A stretch of 62,615 bases of DNA, filler included, from Coriobacteriales bacterium (GTDB lineage Bacteria; Actinomycetota; Coriobacteriia; Coriobacteriales; UBA8131): assembly GCA_031263105.1 (NCBI GenBank). It is 7 parts of 7 records of this genome, joined end to end, with 100 filler letters (N's around TTAATTAATTAA, not from the genome) between each part and the next. Parts side by side here need not be neighbours in the genome. Positions count along the whole stretch, not along the records: positions 17,375 to 26,144 come from JAISGJ010000135.1; positions 26,245 to 41,579 come from JAISGJ010000172.1; 5 more parts are not named here. One strand, given 5' to 3'. The position numbers and the translations under genes are program-made. Positions 18,231-26,757 of this stretch are shown here, one piece after another. The notes below the pieces were generated by a model. That model was given only the letters and a program-made list of their open reading frames with translations. It was not told where the DNA came from and searched no databases. Position 1 is the stretch's first letter. Each line of letters begins with the position of its first letter.

Positions 18231-19586
18231 ATGCTTCTTGTTGCCCGCTACGTACTCCCCGTCAGCGCCCCGCCCATCGAGAACGGTGCGGTGCTCGTCC
18301 GGGACGGCCTCATCGAGGACGTCGGTTATGCGACCAAGCTCAAAACGCGGTATCCTGACGAGGAGACGCGCGACTTCGGCCTGGCGGCCATCATGCCCGG
18401 CTTCATCGACACGCACACCCATCTGGAGTACTCCGCGATGCGAGGGCTCATCAACGACGTGCCCTATGCGGCGTGGAAGCTCCATATCAGCGAGAAGGAA
18501 ACGCTGTTCTCCCCAAAGGATTGGGACGATTCCGCCCTGCTCGGGGCCCTTGAGGCGCTGTATAGCGGCATCACCACCGTTGCGGACATCACCAGCACCG
18601 GCGCCTCGTTCAAGGCGGTGCAGGCGACAGGGATGCGCGGCATCATCTACCGCGAGACGGGGGCGATGGAGCGTAGCGAGGTCGATTCCGTGCTCGAGGA
18701 TGCGTTCAGCGACATCGCGAACTGGCGGAGCGCAGCCGATTCCCGCTTCGTGCGGATAGGGATCGCCCCTGCCCCGCTGTTCTCCTGTCATCCGCTCGTG
18801 TTCAAGCGCATTGCCGAATACGCGGCGGACGGCACGGCCATCGCCTGCCATTTGGCAGGCAGTCGGGAGGAGTACGAGTTCATCCGTTACGGCTCCTCGC
18901 CCTTCTCCGTCCATTCGACCGAGCAGGAGCGCGGCTACGGCATCGACATGCCGCCCTGGCTTGCCACGGGGGTAAGCCCCGTGCGCTACATCCTCAACTG
19001 GGGGCTGTTCGATGCGCCGAACGTCCTCGCCATCCACTGCGTCCAGGTGGATGACGACGACATCGGGAAGCTGGCCGAGCACGACATCGCCGTGGCGGTC
19101 TGCCCCCGCTGCAACGCGCAGCTCGCCATGGGGGTCGCCCCGCTCTCCAAGCTCATGAAGGCGGGCATCCGTGTCGGGCTGGGGACGGATTCTCCCGCTG
19201 CGGTCGATGCGACCGACCTCTTGGCCGAGATGCGCATAGGGCTTCTGCTCCAGCGGGCGCTCGGCAATCGCAGCGACTTCTTCACGTCGGCGCAGATGAT
19301 GCGTCTGGCAACGCTCGGGGCCGCAGAGGCGCTGCGGATCGAGCAGCAGGTCGGCTCGCTCGACATAGGCAAATGCGCCGACATCATTGCGATCGACCTG
19401 TCGAACTCCAGCCAGGCGCCGACGCATGACCCCAATTCGGCCGTCGTGCATACGGCGACACAGGACAGTATACTTATGACGATGGTCAACGGCACCATCC
19501 TCTACGACGGGCAGCATCTGCATGACATCGACGTGCAGAGGATATTCGCCCGTGCCGAGGAGATGCGCTTGAAACTGAGGGGATGA
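18231..19586 (+). CDS. Amidohydrolase (MTA/SAH deaminase-like, SsnA family)
   Basis: MPGFIDTHTHLE (HxH), SGITT, HLAGS, IHCVQ, GLGTDS and GSLDIGKCADII. Confidence 0.9.
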   Translation: MLLVARYVLPVSAPPIENGAVLVRDGLIEDVGYATKLKTRYPDEETRDFGLAAIMPGFIDTHTHLEYSAMRGLINDVPYAAWKLHISEKETLFSPKDWDDSALLGALEALYSGITTVADITSTGASFKAVQATGMRGIIYRETGAMERSEVDSVLEDAFSDIANWRSAADSRFVRIGIAPAPLFSCHPLVFKRIAEYAADGTAIACHLAGSREEYEFIRYGSSPFSVHSTEQERGYGIDMPPWLATGVSPVRYILNWGLFDAPNVLAIHCVQVDDDDIGKLAEHDIAVAVCPRCNAQLAMGVAPLSKLMKAGIRVGLGTDSPAAVDATDLLAEMRIGLLLQRALGNRSDFFTSAQMMRLATLGAAEALRIEQQVGSLDIGKCADIIAIDLSNSSQAPTHDPNSAVVHTATQDSILMTMVNGTILYDGQHLHDIDVQRIFARAEEMRLKLRG

Positions 19587-19900
19587 CGATGGCAAAGCAG
19601 GGCAACAGGAGCAGACAGACCCCGCAAGGCGGACAGGGCGGGCGCTCTCAGTCGAGCGGTCGGCCTCGACCGGGCACGCCGCAGAAAGGGCAGAACCCCG
19701 TGCGCAAGGCCTTCACGGTCGTCATCTGCGTCGTGGTTGCCCTCAGCCTCATGCTCCCGGTCACGGGCATCGGCATGGCAAGCTGTTCGTCGTCCGCACA
19801 GGACCAGCAGGCCCAGCAGGCCCAGGACCAGCAGCAGGATCAGCAGCAGGCTCAAGAGGGCCAGCAGGGCCAACAGGACCAGGATCAGCAGCAGCCGTGA
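19583..19900 (+). CDS. Small membrane-anchored (possibly lipo)protein with Gln-rich tail
   Basis: ATGA overlap with the amidohydrolase stop. Basic N-terminus, hydrophobic helix, MASC, then QDQQ repeats. Confidence 0.6.
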   Translation: MTMAKQGNRSRQTPQGGQGGRSQSSGRPRPGTPQKGQNPVRKAFTVVICVVVALSLMLPVTGIGMASCSSSAQDQQAQQAQDQQQDQQQAQEGQQGQQDQDQQQP

Positions 19901-19923
19901 TCCCCTTCGCACCAACCGCGCGC

Positions 19924-20272
19924 GCTACCGCTCACACCCTCCATGGGCACCCCCACTGTCATTCCGAGCCTGCCGAGGAATCCTTGATCGCGAAGCGATC
20001 AACCGCGACCGAGAGACGCTTCTGCCCGCAGTCGACTGCTTCGCAGTCGAAGATTCCTCGGCAGGCTCGGAATGACAGTGGGGGTGCGAACAGCAACCTG
20101 TGCGCCGCCCCCGTGCGCCGCGCAACTCGTCGGTCGCCAGGCAGTGGGGGTGCGAACAGCAACCTGTGCGCCGCCCCCGTGCGCCGCGCAACTCGTCGGT
20201 CGCCAGGCAGTGGTGGTGCGAACAGCAACCTGTGCGCCGCCCCCGTGCGCCGCGCAACTCGTCGGTTGCCAG
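19924..20272. repeat. Family A element followed by a 66-bp tandem repeat x3 anchored on its right end
   Basis: CACTGTCATTCCGAGCCTGCCGAGGAATC...GATTCCTCGGCAGGCTCGGAATGACAGTG. Units CAGTGGGGGTGCGAACAGCAACCTGTGCGCC... start at 20076, 20142 and 20208. Confidence 0.88.
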
Positions 20273-20408
20273 ACGGATGCACGTTCCTATACTATGTTAG
20301 CCTGCGTCAGAGACCTGATTCGTGCCACAGGGCATATTTGGCAGAAGGGCCGCCAGACACGGAAGAGGATTTTGCGCATGGCGGGCGAAGTGCGGTAAGG
20401 AGCATTGC

Positions 20409-21152
20409 TTGTTTGGGCTAAGCGGTTGGGAAATCGCCATCATCGCGTTGTTCGGCTTCATGATATTCGGGCCGGACAAGCTGCCTCAGATAGCGCGTAC
20501 CGTCGGTCGCGTCATCAGGCAGTTCCGCTCTGCGCAGGAGCAGATGAACAAGGTGATAAAAGCGGAGGTCTACGACCCGCTCAAAGACCTCGAGCCCCTC
20601 GCCAATCCCTTCGCGGGCTTCTCGCTCGACGGCTCCAAGCCGGATGCCGGGAAGCAGGACCCCTCGAAGGCCGTCGGTGCCAAGAAGGCAGGCGACGCGA
20701 AGTCCCTTGCCGCTTCCTCCGGGAAAGACGGGCAGGCCAAGACGGCTGCAACGGCCAAGGCGACCGGGAAGGACACGAAGGCCACAGGAGCCGCAGCAGC
20801 TGCAACGGCCGCCAAGGCCGCAACGGGCGCCGATGCCGGGAAGCCCGAGAAGAAGCTGTCGAGCGACAGCCTGAAGACCGCCCTCGGCGAAGAGGCCGCA
20901 AAAGCGAAGCAGAAGGCGGCAAAGGGCGCCGCAGGGACGACAAGCGCCCCGACCGCCGCATCCGAGAGCTTTGCCCAGCGCCGTGCCCGGCTCGAGCTCG
21001 AGCACGCGAAGGCAAAGGAGAAGGCCGCCCAGGCCGCCCAGACAGACGCGCCTGCTCCCAAGGCCGCCCACACGCCTGCCCCCGCCCCCGCCGCGAAGAC
21101 AGCCTCTGTTCCCGCCCCCGACGAGCGGAAGGAGGACGAGAAGGGCGCCTAA
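20409..21152 (+). CDS. tatB: Twin-arginine translocase TatA/TatB-family subunit
   Basis: TTG start after TAAGGAG. MFGLSGWEIAIIALFGFMIFGPDKLPQIARTVG followed by a long Ala/Lys-rich tail. Directly upstream of tatC. Confidence 0.88.
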   Translation: MFGLSGWEIAIIALFGFMIFGPDKLPQIARTVGRVIRQFRSAQEQMNKVIKAEVYDPLKDLEPLANPFAGFSLDGSKPDAGKQDPSKAVGAKKAGDAKSLAASSGKDGQAKTAATAKATGKDTKATGAAAAATAAKAATGADAGKPEKKLSSDSLKTALGEEAAKAKQKAAKGAAGTTSAPTAASESFAQRRARLELEHAKAKEKAAQAAQTDAPAPKAAHTPAPAPAAKTASVPAPDERKEDEKGA

Positions 21153-21170
21153 AGCCCCTCTCAACCAGCC

Positions 21171-22088
21171 ATGGCCGTCGGACAGGCACGTATGCCCCTC
21201 TTCGATCACATCGGCGAGCTGCGCCGCCGCCTCACCATGATAATCGTCACGGTGCTCGCCTCCTCCATCGTCCTGTTCTTCCTTGCGCCGTCGCTGATCC
21301 TCGTCCTGGTGCAGCCGGTCACCGAGTACCTCACGGAGGCGGGCCACCCCATCGGCAGCAACGACGAGCTGGCCCTGGTGCTCAACACCTTCAACCCGCT
21401 TGAGGGCTTCACGCTGAAGTTCAAGGTCGCCCTCGTGTTCTCGTTCGTCGTCTGCTGTCCGATATGGATATGGCAGATTCTCGGGTTCTTCCTGCCGGCG
21501 CTGAAGCCCAACGAGCGCAAATGGGTGATTCCCACCTTTTTTGCCGCAGTCACCCTGTTCGTCGCCGGAGCGCTGTTCTGCTACTTCCTCATCCTCGACG
21601 CGGCGTTCGGCTGGCTGCTGGCGCAGTCGGAGGACTTCTCCACCGTCATCCCGAGCGCGGCGGAGTTCATCGACACCATACTGTTGTTCGAGGTCGGCTT
21701 CGGCATCGCCTTCGAGCTGCCGCTCGTCGTCTTCTACCTCACGGTGTTCAACATCGTTCCCTACAAGAAGCTCCGCGAGAGCTGGCGCATGGTCTACATC
21801 GTGCTCATGGTGGTCTGTGCGATGGTCACGCCCGACGCGAACCCCGTCACCATGCTCCTGATGTTCGCTGCCATGCTGGCGCTGTACGAAGGCTCGCTCC
21901 TCCTTTCACGCATCGTGCTGGCGCGCCGTCTGGCGCGGAAGAAGCGCGAGGAGGGCGAGGAGGACGGCGGCGACGCGGACGAAGGTGTGGATGCAGATGT
22001 GGACGGCGACGCGGATGTGGACGGCGACGCAGACGGCGGCGCCGGCGACGATGGGAGCGAGGCCCAGGCCGGGACCCGGGACGACTGA
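21171..22088 (+). CDS. tatC: Twin-arginine translocase TatC
   Basis: MPLFDHIGELRRRL, FFLPALKPNERK, GIAFELP and VTPDANPVTM. Confidence 0.96.
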   Translation: MAVGQARMPLFDHIGELRRRLTMIIVTVLASSIVLFFLAPSLILVLVQPVTEYLTEAGHPIGSNDELALVLNTFNPLEGFTLKFKVALVFSFVVCCPIWIWQILGFFLPALKPNERKWVIPTFFAAVTLFVAGALFCYFLILDAAFGWLLAQSEDFSTVIPSAAEFIDTILLFEVGFGIAFELPLVVFYLTVFNIVPYKKLRESWRMVYIVLMVVCAMVTPDANPVTMLLMFAAMLALYEGSLLLSRIVLARRLARKKREEGEEDGGDADEGVDADVDGDADVDGDADGGAGDDGSEAQAGTRDD

Positions 22089-22092
22089 GCCC

Positions 22093-22443
22093 ATGCATGA
22101 GTTCGGATTGATGCAGGGCGTCCTTGAGAGCGTGGAGAGCGCAGCGCGGGAGGCAGGGGCCGAGCGGGTCACCGAGATACGGCTCGTCATCGGCGAGATG
22201 CGCGAGGTTCTGCCCGAGGCCATGGACTTCGCGTTCGAGGCGCTTGCGCCCGGCACGCTGTGCGAAGGCGCCCGGCTCGCAACGGTGACCGTCGCCCCTT
22301 CCTCGCGCTGTACGCAATGCGGGCACCGGTTCGAGCACGACAGGTTCCACTGGACGTGCCCTGCGTGCGACTCGCTTGCCACGGAGCTGTTGGCGGGCAA
22401 GGAACTGTATATCGATGCAATCGAGGTGGATATACCCGAATGA
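22093..22443 (+). CDS. hypA: Hydrogenase nickel incorporation protein HypA
   Basis: MHEFGL start, two CxxC motifs (CTQC, CPAC) and GKELYIDAIEV. Confidence 0.95.
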   Translation: MHEFGLMQGVLESVESAAREAGAERVTEIRLVIGEMREVLPEAMDFAFEALAPGTLCEGARLATVTVAPSSRCTQCGHRFEHDRFHWTCPACDSLATELLAGKELYIDAIEVDIPE

Positions 22444-23168
22444 AGCTGGACGTCTCAAAGCCCTTGCTCGACCTCAACGACCGGTGCGCCCGTCAGGTGC
22501 GCGCGCTGCTCGACGGGCACGGCGTCTTCGTCCTCGATCTGATGGCCTCGCCGGGCGCAGGCAAGACCTCGACGATACTTGCGACCATCGCGCACCTGCG
22601 CGAGCGCTTCAGGATCGCGGTCATCGAGGGGGACATCGCCAGCGACGTCGATTCGGTGCGCATCAAGGAACAGGGCATACCTGCCGTGCAGATCAACACC
22701 GGCGGCGCCTGCCACCTCGAGTCCCAGATGATACGCAGGGCGCTCGACGTGCTCGACCTGGATGCGCTCGACCTTGTCATCATAGAGAATGTCGGCAACC
22801 TCGTCTGCCCCACGGACTTCTATCTGGGGGAGGACGCGAAGGTCATGATCCTCAGCGTGCCGGAGGGGCACGACAAGCCCCTCAAGTACCCCGGCATCTT
22901 CCAGGTGTCCTCGGCGGTCATACTCAACAAGATAGACACCCTGCCCGTCTTCGACTTCGACGAGCAGGCCTTCAGGGAGGGCGTGGAGCAACTCAACCCC
23001 GGCGTGCCGGTCTTTGCCCTGAGCGCGACGGGCGGGCAAGGCGTCGAGGAATGGGCCGAGTGGCTTGCCGAGAGGGTCGCCAAGGGCGTTGCCGAGCGTG
23101 CTTCCAAGGAAGCAGCCGGCGCTTCCGTCCCCACGAGCGTACAACGAGAAGGGGTGTCTGACAGGTGA
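22440..23168 (+). CDS. hypB: Hydrogenase nickel incorporation GTPase HypB
   Basis: ASPGAGKT, QINTGGACHLE, ENVGNLVCP, PEGHDKPLKYP and NKID. ATGA overlap with hypA. Confidence 0.96.
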   Translation: MKLDVSKPLLDLNDRCARQVRALLDGHGVFVLDLMASPGAGKTSTILATIAHLRERFRIAVIEGDIASDVDSVRIKEQGIPAVQINTGGACHLESQMIRRALDVLDLDALDLVIIENVGNLVCPTDFYLGEDAKVMILSVPEGHDKPLKYPGIFQVSSAVILNKIDTLPVFDFDEQAFREGVEQLNPGVPVFALSATGGQGVEEWAEWLAERVAKGVAERASKEAAGASVPTSVQREGVSDR

Positions 23169-25654
23169 GACTTGTTATAACCGAGAAGAACATCGCCGCA
23201 AGGAAGATCGCCGACCTGCTGGCAACGGGCACAGCCACACAGGACAAGGTCTACGACACCCAGGTCTACCGCTTCAGGCACGGGGGCGAGGAGTGGGTGA
23301 GCATAGGGCTGAAGGGCCACATCCTCGAGGTCGACTTCGTCGAGGACTTGACCTACACCAAGAAGCAGGGCTGGTTCGCGGTGGACGAGGACGGGGTCGT
23401 CATCGAGGCCACGCTGCCCGATGCGCTCGCCAAGCCGCCGTTCAAGAAGCGCAAGCCCTTCAGCGAGGACAGCGTGAGCCTCAAGGCATGGAAGCTCGAC
23501 GCCCTGCCGTACCTCGTCTACGCGCCGCTGCGGAAGACGCCTGCGGAGAAGGGCATCATCCGCTCCATCAAGAACCTCGCCACAAAGGCGGAGAGCGTCA
23601 TCATCGCCACGGACTTCGACCGTGAGGGCGAGCTCATCGGTGCCGACGCGCTCTCGATGGTCCGCGAGGCCGCCCCCGACGTCCCCGCGACCCGTGCGCG
23701 CTACTCGGCGCTCACAAGGGACGAGATAGACCATGCGTTCTCCCATCAGGTCGCCCTCGACGTGAACCTTGCCCAGGCGGGCGAGTCGCGCCAGTGGATA
23801 GACCTCATCTGGGGGGCCGTGCTCACCCGCTACCTCACCATCGCCAAGTTCTCCGGCTTTGGCAGCGTGAGGCCGTCCGGGCGCGTCCAGACCCCCACGC
23901 TCGCGCTCATCGTGGCGCGCGAGGAGGAACGTGCGGCCTTCGTGCCCGAGGACTACTGGGTCATCAAGGCGGCCTTCGACGCGGCCGGCGAGCGCTTCGA
24001 GGGCACCCACGCGACCGAGCGCTTCAAGGACGAGGCCTTGGCGAAGCGCGTCATGGCGGCGGTCGAGGGCCGAGGCAGCGGCGTGGTGCACAGCATCGAG
24101 AAGAAGGAGCGCCGGGTCGCTCCCCCTACGCCGCTGAACACGACCGCGCTCCAGGCGGCGGCAGCGGCCGAGGGGATCTCCCCCGCGCGCACCATGCGCA
24201 TCGCCGAGTCGCTGTACATGGGCGGCTACATCTCCTATCCGCGCGTCGACAACACCGTCTACCCTGCGTCGCTCGACCTTGCGGCGACGGTCAAGATGCT
24301 CCAGGGCGTCCCCTCCTACACGCCCTACGCGCGGCAGCTGCTCAAGGCCGGTGCGCTCACGGCGACCCGTGGCAAGACCGAGACCACCGACCATCCCCCC
24401 ATCTACCCCACCGGCGTGGGCGACCCCGACAAGCTGCGTGTCGAGGAGTGGAAGCTCTACAACCTCATCGCGCGGCGCTTCCTCGCGACGCTCTCCGGCC
24501 CCGCGACGGTGGAGGGCACGAAGGTCATCGTCGAGGTGGGAAGCGAGCCCTTCGTCACGCGCGGCGACGTGCTCGTCAACCCCGGGTTCCGCGCCATCTA
24601 CCCCTACGGGCTGAAGAAGGACGAGCAGCTGCCCCGTCTCGAACAGGGCCAGACGGTCGCTTTCGAGGGGGCGACCCTGACGCAGAAGCAGACCGAGCCG
24701 CCCTCCCGCTACTCCCAGGGCAGGCTCATCCAAGAGATGGAAAAGGCAGGACTGGGGACAAAATCGACCCGACACTCCATCATCGAGCGCCTGCTCACGG
24801 TGCGCTACATCCAAAACGACCCCGTCGAGCCCACGGCGCTCGGCATCGCCGTCATCAAGGCGCTCGGACGCTTTGCGCCGCCCATCACGACACCGGACAT
24901 GACCGCGCAGCTCGAAGAGGAGATGAGCGCCATCGCGGCGGGGGAGAGCACGCGCGACACGGTCGTGGGGCATTCGCGCAGGCTGCTTGCCAGCATCATG
25001 GACGAGCTCATCCCCGCGAAGGACGAGGTCGGCGAGGCGCTGAGCGACGCAGTCACCGCCGATGCGCGGGTGGGGGCCTGCCCGGTCTGCGGCAAGGACC
25101 TGCTCATGAAGTCCTCGGTGAAGATGCGCTCGAACTTCATCGGATGCTCGGGCTGGCCGGACTGCGACGTCACCTATCCGGTGCCGCAGGGCAAGATCGA
25201 ACCGCTCGAGGAGGCCTGCCCCGTCTGCGGCAAGCCGCAGATAAAGGTGACCCCGTTCCGCTCCAAGCCGCATACCGCCTGCATCGACCCCAAGTGCCCC
25301 ACGAACTTCGAGCCGGACCTCCAGGTCGGGGAGTGCCCCGTCTGCAAGGCGCAGGGCCGTGCGGGCACGCTTGTCGCCCAGAAGAACCCACGGACGCTCA
25401 AGCGCTTCATCCGCTGCACGAACTACGAGTCCTGCAACACGAGCTACCCTCTGCCGCAGCGCGGCAAGCTGACTGCGGCCGGCAAGGTCTGCGAGGCCTG
25501 CGGTGCGCCCAAGGTCGTCGTGGCGACTGCGCGCGGCCCTTGGGAGCTCTGCCCCAACCTCGCCTGTCCCCTCCGCGAGGAGAAGGAGCAGGCGAAGGGC
25601 GCGAAGGGCGCGGCGAAGGGGGCGTCCAGGAAGAAGGCGTCCAAGAAGGCCTGA
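23165..25654 (+). CDS. topA: Type IA DNA topoisomerase with C-terminal zinc ribbons
   Basis: Toprim ITEK and ATDFDREGELIG, SGRVQTPTL, catalytic ISYPR, HPPIYPT, GLGTKSTR and several C4 zinc ribbons. Confidence 0.95.
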   Translation: MRLVITEKNIAARKIADLLATGTATQDKVYDTQVYRFRHGGEEWVSIGLKGHILEVDFVEDLTYTKKQGWFAVDEDGVVIEATLPDALAKPPFKKRKPFSEDSVSLKAWKLDALPYLVYAPLRKTPAEKGIIRSIKNLATKAESVIIATDFDREGELIGADALSMVREAAPDVPATRARYSALTRDEIDHAFSHQVALDVNLAQAGESRQWIDLIWGAVLTRYLTIAKFSGFGSVRPSGRVQTPTLALIVAREEERAAFVPEDYWVIKAAFDAAGERFEGTHATERFKDEALAKRVMAAVEGRGSGVVHSIEKKERRVAPPTPLNTTALQAAAAAEGISPARTMRIAESLYMGGYISYPRVDNTVYPASLDLAATVKMLQGVPSYTPYARQLLKAGALTATRGKTETTDHPPIYPTGVGDPDKLRVEEWKLYNLIARRFLATLSGPATVEGTKVIVEVGSEPFVTRGDVLVNPGFRAIYPYGLKKDEQLPRLEQGQTVAFEGATLTQKQTEPPSRYSQGRLIQEMEKAGLGTKSTRHSIIERLLTVRYIQNDPVEPTALGIAVIKALGRFAPPITTPDMTAQLEEEMSAIAAGESTRDTVVGHSRRLLASIMDELIPAKDEVGEALSDAVTADARVGACPVCGKDLLMKSSVKMRSNFIGCSGWPDCDVTYPVPQGKIEPLEEACPVCGKPQIKVTPFRSKPHTACIDPKCPTNFEPDLQVGECPVCKAQGRAGTLVAQKNPRTLKRFIRCTNYESCNTSYPLPQRGKLTAAGKVCEACGAPKVVVATARGPWELCPNLACPLREEKEQAKGAKGAAKGASRKKASKKA

Positions 25655-25676
25655 CGGGATTGTAAAGGGGTATTGC

Positions 25677-25811
25677 TCGCAAAGGGGGAGGGGGCGAAAG
25701 GGATTTCGCCCCCTTCCCCCTTAGAGCCCCCCTCCCTCACTTTCGGCCTTGGGCACGGGTCGCGCTCGCTGCGCTCGCGCTACGCGCCTGAGTCGGGGCG
25801 GGGTTGCGGGG
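25677..25811. repeat. Family B hairpin repeat, copy 1
   Basis: Near-identical to 46456-46607 (CACTTTCGGCCTTGGGC..GCGCTCGCTGCGCTCGCGCTACGCGCCTGAGTCGGGG). Hairpin at 25682-25722. Confidence 0.85.
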
Positions 25812-26144
25812 TTACAGTTCACACCCCCACTGTCATCCCGAGCCTGCCGAGGGATCCTTGGGTCCGAGCGCCCGGAAAACGCACCGCGCTCTCAGCGAGG
25901 ACGGGCCGGAAGGCCCACGGAACCCGAGCGCCCGGAGAACGCACCGCGTTCTCAGCGAGGACGGCGCGACAGGCCGGCGGACTGGGAAACAGCCCAGTGG
26001 GCTGTTTCCGGGCGAAGCTGCGAAGCAGCGGGTGAGCCCCTGAGCGTATGAGCCCCTGAGCGGGTGAGCCCATGGAACCGACAGGCCCACGGAGCACGCA
26101 GTGTCCAACGGCAGGTCGCAGGGCCCTTCGACCTGCGGTCGACC
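25811..26144. repeat. Family A element with duplicated core module, truncated by contig end
   Basis: GTTACAGTTCACACCCCCACTGTCATCCCGAGC, then the GAGCGCCCGGARAACGCACCGCG.. module x2 and the hairpin GGAAACAGCCCA-G-TGGGCTGTTTCC (25985-26009). Confidence 0.85.
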
Positions 26145-26244
26145 NNNNNNNNNNNNNNNNNNNNNNNNNNNNNNNNNNNNNNNNNNNNTTAATTAATTAA
26201 NNNNNNNNNNNNNNNNNNNNNNNNNNNNNNNNNNNNNNNNNNNN
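26145..26244. other. Artificial contig spacer
   Basis: N run with TTAATTAATTAA. Confidence 0.98.
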
Positions 26245-26245
26245 G

Positions 26246-26653
26246 TACTGCCAGCGCAACTACACCGCCGACAAGAACGCCAAGGCGGCCTGGGCCTTCG
26301 CGCGGGTCTACCCCGAGCTCTACCGCAACAACCCCGACGCCACCTACGGCTACTGGGTGGACAGGGTCTACCACGTGAACCTGGCCGACGTGCCGACGGT
26401 CGCCCGCTACATGCTCAACAAGACCGGCGCCGTCACCTACACCGCCACCACCGCATCCGACGTCGAGACCAACGCCTCGACGGGCTGGAAGTGGTGGGAC
26501 GCCATAGGGTCCACCGACCCCTACTGGTCGCAGTTCGCCTACTACAACGGCTCCTCGCGCGCGTCCCTGTACTCTGACGAGCGCGACAGCGAGGAGGAGG
26601 AGGACGAAATCGGCATCTTCGCGCCCTCGCAGTTCTGGACGGGCAGCAACTAG
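26246..26653 (+). CDS. C-terminal fragment of a hypothetical protein, possibly an atypical metal-chelate substrate-binding protein
   Basis: Open from the contig start: YCQRNYTADKNAKAAWAFARVYPELY...YGYWVDRVYH. This resembles the W..K.LYPE.F...FY..FY C-terminus of FepB/BtuF-type binding proteins. Strongly GC3-biased codons, followed by a terminator. Confidence 0.55.
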   Translation, partial: YCQRNYTADKNAKAAWAFARVYPELYRNNPDATYGYWVDRVYHVNLADVPTVARYMLNKTGAVTYTATTASDVETNASTGWKWWDAIGSTDPYWSQFAYYNGSSRASLYSDERDSEEEEDEIGIFAPSQFWTGSN

Positions 26654-26673
26654 CGGCACCGCGTGACCGACGC

Positions 26674-26717
26674 GGGCAGCGCCCACCTTGCGCAAAGGCG
26701 GGCGCTGCCCCTCTTTA
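26674..26717 (+). terminator. Rho-independent terminator-like hairpin
   Basis: GGGCAGCGCCC...GGGCGCTGCCC followed by TCTTTAT, 20 nt after a stop codon. Confidence 0.7.
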
Positions 26718-26757
26718 TCTCGGATGAAACCGGAGAACGAGACAGGGGCTGAAAGCC

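Noticed and set aside
21171..23168. hypA/hypB with tat genes as evidence of a hydrogenase locus
   Set aside because: No hydrogenase structural genes are in the window, only maturation and export genes.
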